A DNA stretch of 64,000 nt from Candidatus Hydrogenedentota bacterium (lineage in GTDB: Bacteria > Hydrogenedentota > Hydrogenedentia > Hydrogenedentales > SLHB01): NCBI GenBank assembly GCA_045863295.1, contig BTWA01000007.1:136469-200468 (forward strand), given 5' to 3'. How positions within the stretch are numbered: the first letter of the stretch is position 1; each line of letters starts with the position of its first letter. The notes below the pieces were generated by a model that saw nothing but the letters and a program-made list of their open reading frames with translations, ran no database searches and was not told where the DNA came from. Shown here one piece after another: positions 10,548 through 19,421 of the stretch. Position numbers and translations under genes: made by a program.

Positions 10548-12679
10548 GTACGGAACCGTATCCCATCGAGCCTGAGCGGTTCGAGTTCAGCGAACCTCCA
10601 CGTTACCATTTCGCGATCACGCGCCGTTCGTTTGTAAAAGTTGCCGGCGCAGGACTGCTGATCACTCCGTGGCTTCCGGCCGCGCTCGCGCAGGGTCGCG
10701 GGGGCGACCGGCCGGAGCGGGGACGGTTTCACATCGATGCCGATGGGTCTGTCACCGTATTCACTGGAAAAGTGGAAGTAGGGCAGGGTGCGCGGACTCA
10801 GATCGCGCAAGCGGCGGCGGAGGAGTTGCACTTGCCTTTGAAGCGGGTGCGCGTGGTGATGGCGGATACATCGATTGTGCCCGACGATGGCGGCACCTAT
10901 GGGAGCCAGACCACTCCGCGAACGATTCCGCGAGTGCGTCAAGCAGCGGCATTGGCCAGACAGTTGCTTGTCGAATTGGCGTGCGACCATTGGGGAACTC
11001 CGCCGCATGCCGCGAGCATGGTAGATGGTGTCATTGTTCATACCGATGGACGTCGCATGTCGCTAGGCGAACTCGTGGCTAAGACAAAGGATATCGATGC
11101 AGCGCTGGCGACCACCTCCGGCGCACAAACGGAGGTGTCGTTGCCTCAATCGTGGACGGTTATGGGGCAGCCGGCCGTTAAGCCGAGTTCCATTGCGATT
11201 GTCATGGGAGCGCATCAGTATGCCTCCGACATGCGCAAGCCGGGCATGTTGTATGGCGCGGTACTGAGGGCGCCAACGATCGGCGCGGAACTGACAGCCG
11301 TCGACACAACGGTAGTTTCATCCTTTCCCGACGTAGTCGTGGTGCATGATGGGTCATTTGTGGCGTGCGCGGCTCCGAAATCGCACGCGGCCCGCAAAGC
11401 CGTGGAGGCAATTGCCGCGACGGCACGTTGGACAACACCCGAACATCCATCCAGTGCAACGTTGCTTGACTATCTAAAGACGCACACGGTTGACGGTTCT
11501 GGGCGTCAGCGGTCGCGGGTGCAGTCCGAAGGGGATGTGGACGCGGCACTGGCTGGAAATGCGAACGCGATTCGTGAGACGTATTTCATTCCCTACATTC
11601 AGCACGCTCCTCTGGAGACACGATCCGCTTTTGCCGAATGGGACGGGGAGCGCGTGACCGTATGGACCGGGACCCAGCGGCCATTTGATGTTGGGGAGGA
11701 AGTGGCCGAGGCGTTTGGGATTTCTTCCGCGCAAGTACGGTTAATCGTGCCCGATACGGGCGGCGGTTTTGGCGGGAAGCACTCCGGTGAAGTGGCCATT
11801 GAAGCGGCGCGCCTGGCCAAGGCGGCGGGAAGGCCTGTTTCGCTGCAATGGAGCCGGGAGGAAGAATTTGTTTGGGCGTATTGCCGACCGGCCGGCGCGA
11901 TGGATATTGCGGCTGCGCTGGATGCCGATGGCCGAATCGTCGCCTGGGATTTTACGAACTACAATTCCGGTGGATCCGGGTTGGAGTGTCCGTACGTCGT
12001 CGCTAACAAGCGGACCAGAGTGCAGCCGTGCGAGTCTCCGTTGCGGCAAGGGTCGTATCGTGCTTTAGCGTCGACGGGCAATAATTTCGCGCGAGAAACG
12101 TTTATGGACTTATTGGCGGCAGAAGCGCTTCGCGACCCCGTTGCCTTTCGTGTGGCGCATTTGGACGACGGGCGACTGAAGGATGTGCTGTTGGCTGTGG
12201 CGGAAATGGCGGGATGGGAGGACAGACGCACTACGATGAAGGACGGATCCGGCTTGGGCATTGCCTGCGGTACCGAGAAAGGATCCTTTGTGGCTACGTG
12301 CGCCGAAGTAGTACTGAGTGCAGATCGGAAGAATTATGTCATTCGGCAGTTGTGGGTAGCTTACGAATGTGGGGCTGTACACAATCCGCGCAATCTGCTT
12401 TCGCAAGTTGAAGGCGGCGTGATCATGGGGCTGGGCGCCATTTTCTCCGAAGAAGTGCATTTTGAAGGCGGCAAAGTTACGAATCCGCGATTCAAAGATT
12501 ACCGCGTACCTCAATTCGAAGACGTGCCGCCCATCGAAACGAAGGTGTTGAACAGGCCCGATCTGGACTCCGTTGGCGCGGGCGAGACCCCAATCATCGC
12601 CGTGGCTCCGGCGGTTGCGAATGCATTACTTCAGGCGACGGGGAAGGGTTTGACTGCGCTGCCGCTTCGGTTAATTTGA
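10544..12679 (+). CDS. Molybdopterin-binding large subunit (IorB/aldehyde oxidoreductase-like), with Tat-like motif
   Basis: RRSFV; GKVEVGQG; GGGFGGK; QVEGGVIMGLG; GAGETPI; ATGA overlap with the small subunit. Confidence 0.9.
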   Translation: MSTEPYPIEPERFEFSEPPRYHFAITRRSFVKVAGAGLLITPWLPAALAQGRGGDRPERGRFHIDADGSVTVFTGKVEVGQGARTQIAQAAAEELHLPLKRVRVVMADTSIVPDDGGTYGSQTTPRTIPRVRQAAALARQLLVELACDHWGTPPHAASMVDGVIVHTDGRRMSLGELVAKTKDIDAALATTSGAQTEVSLPQSWTVMGQPAVKPSSIAIVMGAHQYASDMRKPGMLYGAVLRAPTIGAELTAVDTTVVSSFPDVVVVHDGSFVACAAPKSHAARKAVEAIAATARWTTPEHPSSATLLDYLKTHTVDGSGRQRSRVQSEGDVDAALAGNANAIRETYFIPYIQHAPLETRSAFAEWDGERVTVWTGTQRPFDVGEEVAEAFGISSAQVRLIVPDTGGGFGGKHSGEVAIEAARLAKAAGRPVSLQWSREEEFVWAYCRPAGAMDIAAALDADGRIVAWDFTNYNSGGSGLECPYVVANKRTRVQPCESPLRQGSYRALASTGNNFARETFMDLLAAEALRDPVAFRVAHLDDGRLKDVLLAVAEMAGWEDRRTTMKDGSGLGIACGTEKGSFVATCAEVVLSADRKNYVIRQLWVAYECGAVHNPRNLLSQVEGGVIMGLGAIFSEEVHFEGGKVTNPRFKDYRVPQFEDVPPIETKVLNRPDLDSVGAGETPIIAVAPAVANALLQATGKGLTALPLRLI

Positions 12680-13126
12680 CTGTTCTCGTTCCAGAATTGC
12701 GACATCTACGAAGTCCTGAGGTCTGCCAGACGCCTTCTTATTGCGAATGAGATCCTCTCTTCCCAGGTACCTGACCGGTATCTCATCCAACAAAGCAGTG
12801 CGTGAATTCGGCCAGGCCTCCTCAAACGTCACGCCTGAAATCGAAGTCAGTATGTCTATTCGATTTGGCGCGACTCCAAGCTGAATCACTTGGTTTTCTA
12901 CCAGAAAATCTTTGGACTCAAGACCGAGAGAAGCAAAGCCAATGTGCTCGATGACTTGCATCATATTTGTAGCATTTTCATCACTCGTCCGCACAAAAAA
13001 ATCAATATCCTGGGTAAATCGTGGACGAGCATAGAAAGAATAGGCGTACGCGCCGGCGATAATGTATTCAACGTCGTTCGAATTTAACAATTCGATAAAC
13101 TTTCTCAAGTCTTTGTTGAGTCCCAC
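12671..13126 (-). CDS. Minimal nucleotidyltransferase-fold protein (DUF6036/AbiEii-like)
   Basis: IIAGAYA...RPRFTQDIDF motif and C-terminal NKKASGRPQD..D motif. Confidence 0.8.
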   Translation of the reverse strand: MGLNKDLRKFIELLNSNDVEYIIAGAYAYSFYARPRFTQDIDFFVRTSDENATNMMQVIEHIGFASLGLESKDFLVENQVIQLGVAPNRIDILTSISGVTFEEAWPNSRTALLDEIPVRYLGREDLIRNKKASGRPQDFVDVAILEREQSN

Positions 13127-13262
13127 CCGTGCCTCGCTCGATTAGTTCCAAGAGTATGTCCATTCGTTGCTGTGGAGTCAGCTGCCGGTAGAAAGCCTCG
13201 TCGGCGACGTCCGCGGCCTGGAGCGACGCGAATCGTTGTATCACGGGTTCAATCATGGACAT
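13068..13262 (-). CDS. Small 64-aa protein overlapping the nucleotidyltransferase start (putative antitoxin/partner)
   Basis: RBS GAGGGG before ATG 13262; D..FYRQLTPQQRMDILLEL pattern resembling small partners of such NTases. Confidence 0.6.
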   Translation of the reverse strand: MSMIEPVIQRFASLQAADVADEAFYRQLTPQQRMDILLELIERGTGGTQQRLEKVYRIVKFERR

Positions 13263-13651
13263 TGATGCCCCTCGATTAGCAGGTTTTCCCCAATAGTATA
13301 GCATAGGGCAGACGACGATATGCCAAGTCTTCGATAGTAAAGGTCTGTACGTTGAAGCAATTCTATATCGCCAAATAGTGAGAATGCGGAAACGTAGCTT
13401 CGCCAGCCCGGGATGTGGCAAAGTATGCATACACTTGTACTTGGTGGGCCTCCATACACTTTCAACAGGCGTTGCCGGAAAGGAAACCCAAACATGGGCC
13501 AAGTCACAATCCACAGCGAGGCAGTAACGAAGCGGTAGCCGCGCGAGTTCGAAGCGCTTATCGCAATTGATCATGCTTCCTTTCCGCGCCGGGCGACTTG
13601 TCCGGTGGCCCGCCTCTTTTCTTCCCTCGCCAATCCCCAAATCCAATCCTT

Positions 13652-13719
13652 CAGGCACGGGTCTGTACGGCCTCCAAATGCCTGTTGTATGCTCAATCAG
13701 GCCGGGCGCATTGCGCCCG
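13652..13719 (+). promoter_or_regulatory. Candidate structured cis-regulatory leader of rsgA
   Basis: Stem CAGGCA(13652-57)/TGCCTG(13679-84) and hairpin CGGGCGC(13703-09)/GCGCCCG(13713-19) just before the RBS. Confidence 0.45.
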
Positions 13720-13734
13720 AACGAGGGAAGAACC

Positions 13735-14802
13735 ATGACGTTAGAATCCTGGGGCTGGCGCCCCGAATGGGATTTTCAGTTTGATGCATTTCGCGCCGAG
13801 GGGCGCATGCCCGCGCGTGTGGTGCAGGAACACCGCGAGCGTTACATCATCGTAACTGCCGAGGGTGAGGTCCCGGCCGTGATCCCCGGCAAGACGCGGG
13901 ACGCCGCCGAAAGCCGCGCCGATTTTCCCGCCGTGGGCGATTGGGTCGCCGCTTCGCGCACGGACGACGGCAGCCTCTGTGTGATCCATGCCGTGCTGCC
14001 GCGCAAGAGCGTGTTCGCCCGCAAGGCACCGGGCGCTGTGACAGATCTCCAGGTCATTGCCGCCAACGTGGACGTGCTCTTTCTGGTGACCGGATTGGAC
14101 GGCGATTTCAATCCGCGGCGCGTCGAACGCTACGTGACCCTGGCTTGGGAAAGCGGCGCGAAACCTGTCGTGATCCTCAACAAGGCCGACATCTGCGCCG
14201 ATGTGTCGGAAGCTGTCGCGGCCATTGAATCCGTGGCGTTCGGTGTGGACGTGTTGCCTGTAAGCGCTCTCGCCGGCGATGGTGTGGATGCCTTGCGCGC
14301 CTTCTTTCAGGCAGGCCATACTATCGCGCTGGTGGGTTCGTCCGGTGTGGGAAAATCGACCATCGTGAACGCGCTCATGGGCGAGGAGCGCATGCGGACG
14401 AGCGCCGTGCGAGAAGACGACAGCCGTGGCCGCCATACTACGACCCACCGCGAACTCATGCTCGTGCCAGGCGGCGGAATCCTGGTCGATACACCCGGCA
14501 TGCGCGAACTCCAGCTTTGGGCCAGCGAGGAAAGTCTTGAGAAGAGCTTCGAAGACGTGGCGCGCTTTGCTGAACAGTGCCGCTTTCGCGATTGCACGCA
14601 CAAGGGCGAGCCGGGCTGCGCGGTGTTGGCGGCGGTGGAGTCTGGCGCACTTGGTCAGGCCCGCCTCGACAGTTACTTCAAATTGGGCCGCGAATTGCAG
14701 TATCTCGAGCGCAAAGAGGATGGCCGGCTTCAGTCTCTTGAGCGGGCGAAGTGGAAGGCGATTCACAAGCAGATCAAGGAGATATACAAGCACAAGCGCT
14801 AG
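13735..14802 (+). CDS. rsgA: Ribosome small subunit-dependent GTPase A
   Basis: PAVGDWV OB-fold, NKAD, GSSGVGKS, GRHTTT, DTPG, C-terminal CRFRDCTH..EPGC zinc site. Confidence 0.95.
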   Translation: MTLESWGWRPEWDFQFDAFRAEGRMPARVVQEHRERYIIVTAEGEVPAVIPGKTRDAAESRADFPAVGDWVAASRTDDGSLCVIHAVLPRKSVFARKAPGAVTDLQVIAANVDVLFLVTGLDGDFNPRRVERYVTLAWESGAKPVVILNKADICADVSEAVAAIESVAFGVDVLPVSALAGDGVDALRAFFQAGHTIALVGSSGVGKSTIVNALMGEERMRTSAVREDDSRGRHTTTHRELMLVPGGGILVDTPGMRELQLWASEESLEKSFEDVARFAEQCRFRDCTHKGEPGCAVLAAVESGALGQARLDSYFKLGRELQYLERKEDGRLQSLERAKWKAIHKQIKEIYKHKR

Positions 14803-14912
14803 TTACTCCGGCCGGCCCCGGTGATTGGAGGTGGCGTGCTCCTTTTGATATGGTACATGATGCAGTTTGCAGGGAGCCTCAAATTCGTCTGCTACGTAAG
14901 GTAGCCGCTTTG

Positions 14913-17864
14913 ATGAGTCGATTCATTCTCAGTGTTTTTTCTTTATTGATTTGTGCGTACGCCTTGGGGGTGGCCTGGGCGGATGATGCGGCACAATTCA
15001 AGGCGCATGTCGAACCCATCCTTGTCGGCAAGTGTATTACCTGCCATGGCGCTGACGCCAAAGGCGGCCTGGACCTCCGTTCCAAAGATACTTTTGAGAA
15101 GGGAGGGGAAAACGGCGCCATTTTTGTTGCGGGCGATAGTGCGAACAGCCTCATTGTTCAATATGTTCGTGAGGGGAAGATGCCGCCCAAGGCGCCCCTG
15201 AACGCCGGGGAAATCGCCGCCATTGAAGGTTGGATCGCATCCGGCGCCTACTTCCCGGAGTCGCCGTTGGATCCTTTTGCAGCGACGACGACAAAGCGCG
15301 CGGGATACGACTGGTGGTCACTTCAGCCGCTTCGGCCCGTGGAGCCTCCGGATGTTTCTACGCTTGCGCCGGGATCTCCATTTGCGGCGACATGGAATGC
15401 CCATCCAATCGATCAGTTTGTTTTTGCCAAGCTTCGAGATGCGGGTCTGGAGCCGTCCGGGCCAGCGTCTCCGCGCACGTTAATCCGGCGCGCTACGTTC
15501 GATTTGATCGGTCTTCCTCCGACACCGGAGGAAGTGTCTGCATTCCTTTCCGCGTGTGAGCAAGAGACGGGGAAGCCTGGAGTCGTGGGAGATGTGGCCT
15601 ATGCGGAACTCCTTGATCGGTTGCTGGCGTCTCCCCGGTATGGCGAGCATTGGGGCCGACATTGGCTCGATGTGGTGCGCTTTGGCGAGAGCAACGGCTA
15701 TGAAGTGAACTACATTATCGAAAATGTGTGGCCTTATCGTGACTACGTCATTCAGTCGTTTAACGAGGACAAGCCTTATGACCGGTTTGTGACCGAACAA
15801 TTGGCGGGCGATGCTCTAGAGCCCGGCAATCCCGAAATAGAGATTGCGACTGCGTTTCTTGTCTGTGGGCCCTATGACAACGTGGGCAATCAAGATGCCG
15901 TGCAGGCTGCGCAAATCCGGGCCAATTCCATTGACGATATGATACGTGCGACGAGCGAATCGTTTCTTGGGTTGACCGTCGGTTGTGCCCGATGCCACGA
16001 CCACAAGTTCGATCCGATTTCCCAAACGGACTATTACGGACTCTATGCGTCGTTTGCGGGGGTTTGGCATGGCGAACGCACAGTCGCCACTGAAGCACAG
16101 CTTGCTTCACGCCAGAGTGTTGTTCAGCCGTTGGAAGCCAAGCGCGACGCGATCGCGGCTGAGCAGGCTCAGCTGGTGGAGTCTGTGTTGGCCCGCGCTG
16201 AATCCAAGGCTGCGGAGTACGAGGCTCGCTGGACCCGCGAGAAGGTACTACGGAGCGGAACCGAAGAGACGTTTGCTCCTGTCGAAGCCAGATATGTTCG
16301 AATGACAAGCGAAGGCCGTGATGCCGACCCCAATGCGCCCTGGCCCTTCAAGATGGATGAATTCGACGTGTACACGGCTGGGCCCAATTCCCGCAATGTC
16401 GCGTTGGCTGCCCATGGAGGCAAGGTCACCGGAGTTAGCCGAAAGGCCGATGATTTTGGTGAGGCCTATCTGGTGGATGTGGTAATTGACGGTTCCTTTG
16501 GGGTTTCCTGGATTGCCCAAGGGCCGGAGTTGACTGTAGAACTCGCCAAGCCGGAGTTGATCGATCGCGTGCTCTTTTCCAGCGATCGCCCCAACGCCCT
16601 AGGTGACAATCCGGAAGCGGTTTTTGTCTGCGAATACCGGATAGACGTTTCGATGGACGGCCAGACTTGGACCGAGGTGGCTCATTCCCACGATCGTAAA
16701 CCTGTTCATGACGCACATCGCCGTACACGGCTTTTCAGGCTCGAAGCGACCGACGAAGAGAAAGCCCGCGTCGGGGAACTGGGCCTTCAGTTGAATGCGG
16801 CGAAGGACGCGATCGCCGCGGTGCCTGCTTTGCCACGGTTTTGGATAGGCGAATTGAAACAGCCGGTAGAGCCGTTTTATGTCTTTGCCGGAGGCGATCC
16901 GCAGCGCAAAGGAGAGCGCGTGTTGGCTTCGTCCATGAAATCCTTGTCCGCGGGCGAAATTGGCTTTGCCTTGGATGAGGCGGCGCCCGAACGAGATCGG
17001 CGCCTAGCCCTTGCGAGTTGGATCGTAGCCAAGCAAAACCCGATTACGCCCCGTGTTATTGTCAACCGCCTTTGGCACTATCATTTTGGGACCGGCATTG
17101 TGTCCACGCCCAGTGATTTTGGCTTCATGGGGAGTTCTCCAACGCATCCCGAGTTGCTGGACTGGCTGGCCAATGAATTGGTTGATCCGGGGTATGGCCC
17201 ATTGACGGGGAAAGAGGCATGGCGGCTGAAACGGTTACATCGGATCATCATGCGCTCACAGACTTATCGTCAGGGATCTCAGTATCGCGAGGACGCTTCC
17301 CGAATAGACGGAGACAGCCGGTTCTTATGGCGGTTTCCGCCACGGCGGCTCTCAAGCGACTCGATTCGCGACAGCATCCTGTCTATTGCGGGGAAGTTGG
17401 ATACGGAGGCCATGGGCGGCCCCGGTTTCCGGTTGTATGCGTATTGGCGCGACAACGTATCGACTTATGTTCCGCTAGACAAGCACGGACCGGAGACCTA
17501 CCGGCGCGCGGTATATCATCAACATGCGCGCGCGGAACGTATCGATTTGTTGACTGATTTTGATTCGCCCGACTGCGCCATGCCGGCTCCAGCCCGCGCT
17601 TCAACGACTTCGCCGTTACAGGCGCTCACGTTGATGAACCACAGCTTTACCCTCGATATGGCGTCTTATCTTCAGGAACGTCTGGAGCGAGAGTCGGGTA
17701 TGTCGAATCGCGTTGCACAGGTACAAAGGGCGTTTCAATTGGCGTTTGCGCGTCCGCCCAGCGAATTGGAATTGACTGCATCCATCGTGACCATTGAAGC
17801 TCACGGAATGCAGGCGTTTTGCCGTGCTCTTCTAAATGCGAACGAGTTGATGTTTGTGGATTAA
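14913..17864 (+). CDS. Planctomycete cytochrome c + DUF1549/DUF1553 (PSD1) protein with internal discoidin-like domain
   Basis: CITCH and CARCHDHKFDPI heme motifs; YGEHWGRHWLDVVRFGES; HPELLDWLA; PLQALTLMN. Confidence 0.9.
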   Translation: MSRFILSVFSLLICAYALGVAWADDAAQFKAHVEPILVGKCITCHGADAKGGLDLRSKDTFEKGGENGAIFVAGDSANSLIVQYVREGKMPPKAPLNAGEIAAIEGWIASGAYFPESPLDPFAATTTKRAGYDWWSLQPLRPVEPPDVSTLAPGSPFAATWNAHPIDQFVFAKLRDAGLEPSGPASPRTLIRRATFDLIGLPPTPEEVSAFLSACEQETGKPGVVGDVAYAELLDRLLASPRYGEHWGRHWLDVVRFGESNGYEVNYIIENVWPYRDYVIQSFNEDKPYDRFVTEQLAGDALEPGNPEIEIATAFLVCGPYDNVGNQDAVQAAQIRANSIDDMIRATSESFLGLTVGCARCHDHKFDPISQTDYYGLYASFAGVWHGERTVATEAQLASRQSVVQPLEAKRDAIAAEQAQLVESVLARAESKAAEYEARWTREKVLRSGTEETFAPVEARYVRMTSEGRDADPNAPWPFKMDEFDVYTAGPNSRNVALAAHGGKVTGVSRKADDFGEAYLVDVVIDGSFGVSWIAQGPELTVELAKPELIDRVLFSSDRPNALGDNPEAVFVCEYRIDVSMDGQTWTEVAHSHDRKPVHDAHRRTRLFRLEATDEEKARVGELGLQLNAAKDAIAAVPALPRFWIGELKQPVEPFYVFAGGDPQRKGERVLASSMKSLSAGEIGFALDEAAPERDRRLALASWIVAKQNPITPRVIVNRLWHYHFGTGIVSTPSDFGFMGSSPTHPELLDWLANELVDPGYGPLTGKEAWRLKRLHRIIMRSQTYRQGSQYREDASRIDGDSRFLWRFPPRRLSSDSIRDSILSIAGKLDTEAMGGPGFRLYAYWRDNVSTYVPLDKHGPETYRRAVYHQHARAERIDLLTDFDSPDCAMPAPARASTTSPLQALTLMNHSFTLDMASYLQERLERESGMSNRVAQVQRAFQLAFARPPSELELTASIVTIEAHGMQAFCRALLNANELMFVD

Positions 17865-17879
17865 CGGAGTTTTTCACGC

Positions 17880-19340
17880 ATGAGTCGACACGCTAATCTG
17901 CACTCGGCCATTCAGCGTGAAGTGCTTTCGCGCAGAGGATTCCTGGCGGATTCCTTCAAGGGGCTTGCGGGAGTGGGTCTGACCAGTTTGTTGATGTCGG
18001 ACCTGTTTCGAGCCGGAACCGCTTCGGCCACTGCGAATCTTGCTCCACACTTTGCGCCAAAGGCGAAGCGCGTATTGCAGATATTCTGCCCCGGTGCAGC
18101 TTCCCACATGGATTTGTGGGAACACAAACCGTCGCTCGAGAAGTATCACGACACACCGTTACCCGGCGAAGAGAATATGGTCAGCTTTCAGGGGAAGAAC
18201 GGCAATCTGATGCGGAGTCCCTGGCCGTTTGCTCCATGCGGCGAGAGCGGAAAGACGATCAGTACTTTGCTGCCGCATATGGCGCGACACGTGGACGATA
18301 TTGCGTTTATCCATTCCATGACATCGAAAACCAATACCCACGGGCCGGGCTGCGTGTTTATGAATACCGGCCATGCAACCGAGGGGTTTCCCAGCAACGG
18401 TGCGTGGATAAGCTATGCGCTCGGCAGTGAGAACGAAAACCTGCCTGCTTATGTGTGCATGCCCGATGTTCGCGGTGAGCCGCCCAACGGCAAAGCGAAT
18501 TGGAGTAACGGCTTTCTTCCCGCGGAACACCAAGCCATTGTGTTGGCGGCGCAACAGCCCATTCGCAATTTGAGTACACCGGACATGATTTCGGCCAGCG
18601 AGGAAAATGGCACCCGCGCGTTTTTGAACTTTTTGAATGATCAACACGCAGTGACCCATCCCGGAAACTCGGAGTTGCGGGCGCGCATGGCGGCGTATGA
18701 ATTGGCGGCGCGCATGCAGCTTTCAGCGCCTGAAGTCTCCGATCTGGCTGCGGAGTCTCCATCCATGCATGCCCTTTATGGCACGGATGATCCCAATGCG
18801 TTGAAAGCAGGCTACGCACGCAACTGTCTGCTTGCGCGCCGTTTGTTGGAACGGGGCGTACGGTATGTGAATGTGTATTGCGCTTCGCGAGCTTCCGGTG
18901 TGGACGGTCTCCTGAACTGGGATGCGCACAAGACCCTCAAGACCGATTATGAGAGGCATTGTCCGATATTCGATCAACCCACGGCGGCGCTCCTGACCGA
19001 CCTGAAGCAGCGCGGGATGCTCGACGATACGCTGGTGCTTTGGACGACCGAGTTCGGCCGTATGCCCACGCACCAACAGGGGACGACGGGTCGCGACCAC
19101 AATCCAGATGGGTTTACCTGTTGGATGATGGGGGCTGGTGTGAAGGGCGGGGTGAGTTTTGGCGCCACCGACGAGTTTGGCCGCCGGGCCGAAATAAATC
19201 CGGTGACGGTTTGGGATTTTTACGCGACGGTACTTCAGATTCTGGGTTTCGATCACGAGAAGCTCACATATTACTACAATGGTCTGGACCGCAGGTTGAC
19301 GGACGTACATGGATACGTGATCAAGGATATTCTGGCCTGA
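17880..19340 (+). CDS. DUF1501 family protein (Tat signal)
   Basis: SRRGFL; PKAKRV; ARRLLERGVR; WDAH; EFGRMP; GRDHNP; RLTDVHG. Confidence 0.92.
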   Translation: MSRHANLHSAIQREVLSRRGFLADSFKGLAGVGLTSLLMSDLFRAGTASATANLAPHFAPKAKRVLQIFCPGAASHMDLWEHKPSLEKYHDTPLPGEENMVSFQGKNGNLMRSPWPFAPCGESGKTISTLLPHMARHVDDIAFIHSMTSKTNTHGPGCVFMNTGHATEGFPSNGAWISYALGSENENLPAYVCMPDVRGEPPNGKANWSNGFLPAEHQAIVLAAQQPIRNLSTPDMISASEENGTRAFLNFLNDQHAVTHPGNSELRARMAAYELAARMQLSAPEVSDLAAESPSMHALYGTDDPNALKAGYARNCLLARRLLERGVRYVNVYCASRASGVDGLLNWDAHKTLKTDYERHCPIFDQPTAALLTDLKQRGMLDDTLVLWTTEFGRMPTHQQGTTGRDHNPDGFTCWMMGAGVKGGVSFGATDEFGRRAEINPVTVWDFYATVLQILGFDHEKLTYYYNGLDRRLTDVHGYVIKDILA

Positions 19341-19421
19341 TACGCTTGCCGCAGCTGTCTGATTAGCATCTGTGTCCATTCCAGTTCAAATCGTCTCCAG
19401 ACTTACAGGAAGTGGCTCTTT

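Noticed and set aside
13253..13507. ORF containing QRLLKVY, resembling QRLEKVY of the adjacent small protein (possible duplication)
   Set aside because: The similarity covers only a few residues with poor nucleotide identity and no clear RBS; probably chance.
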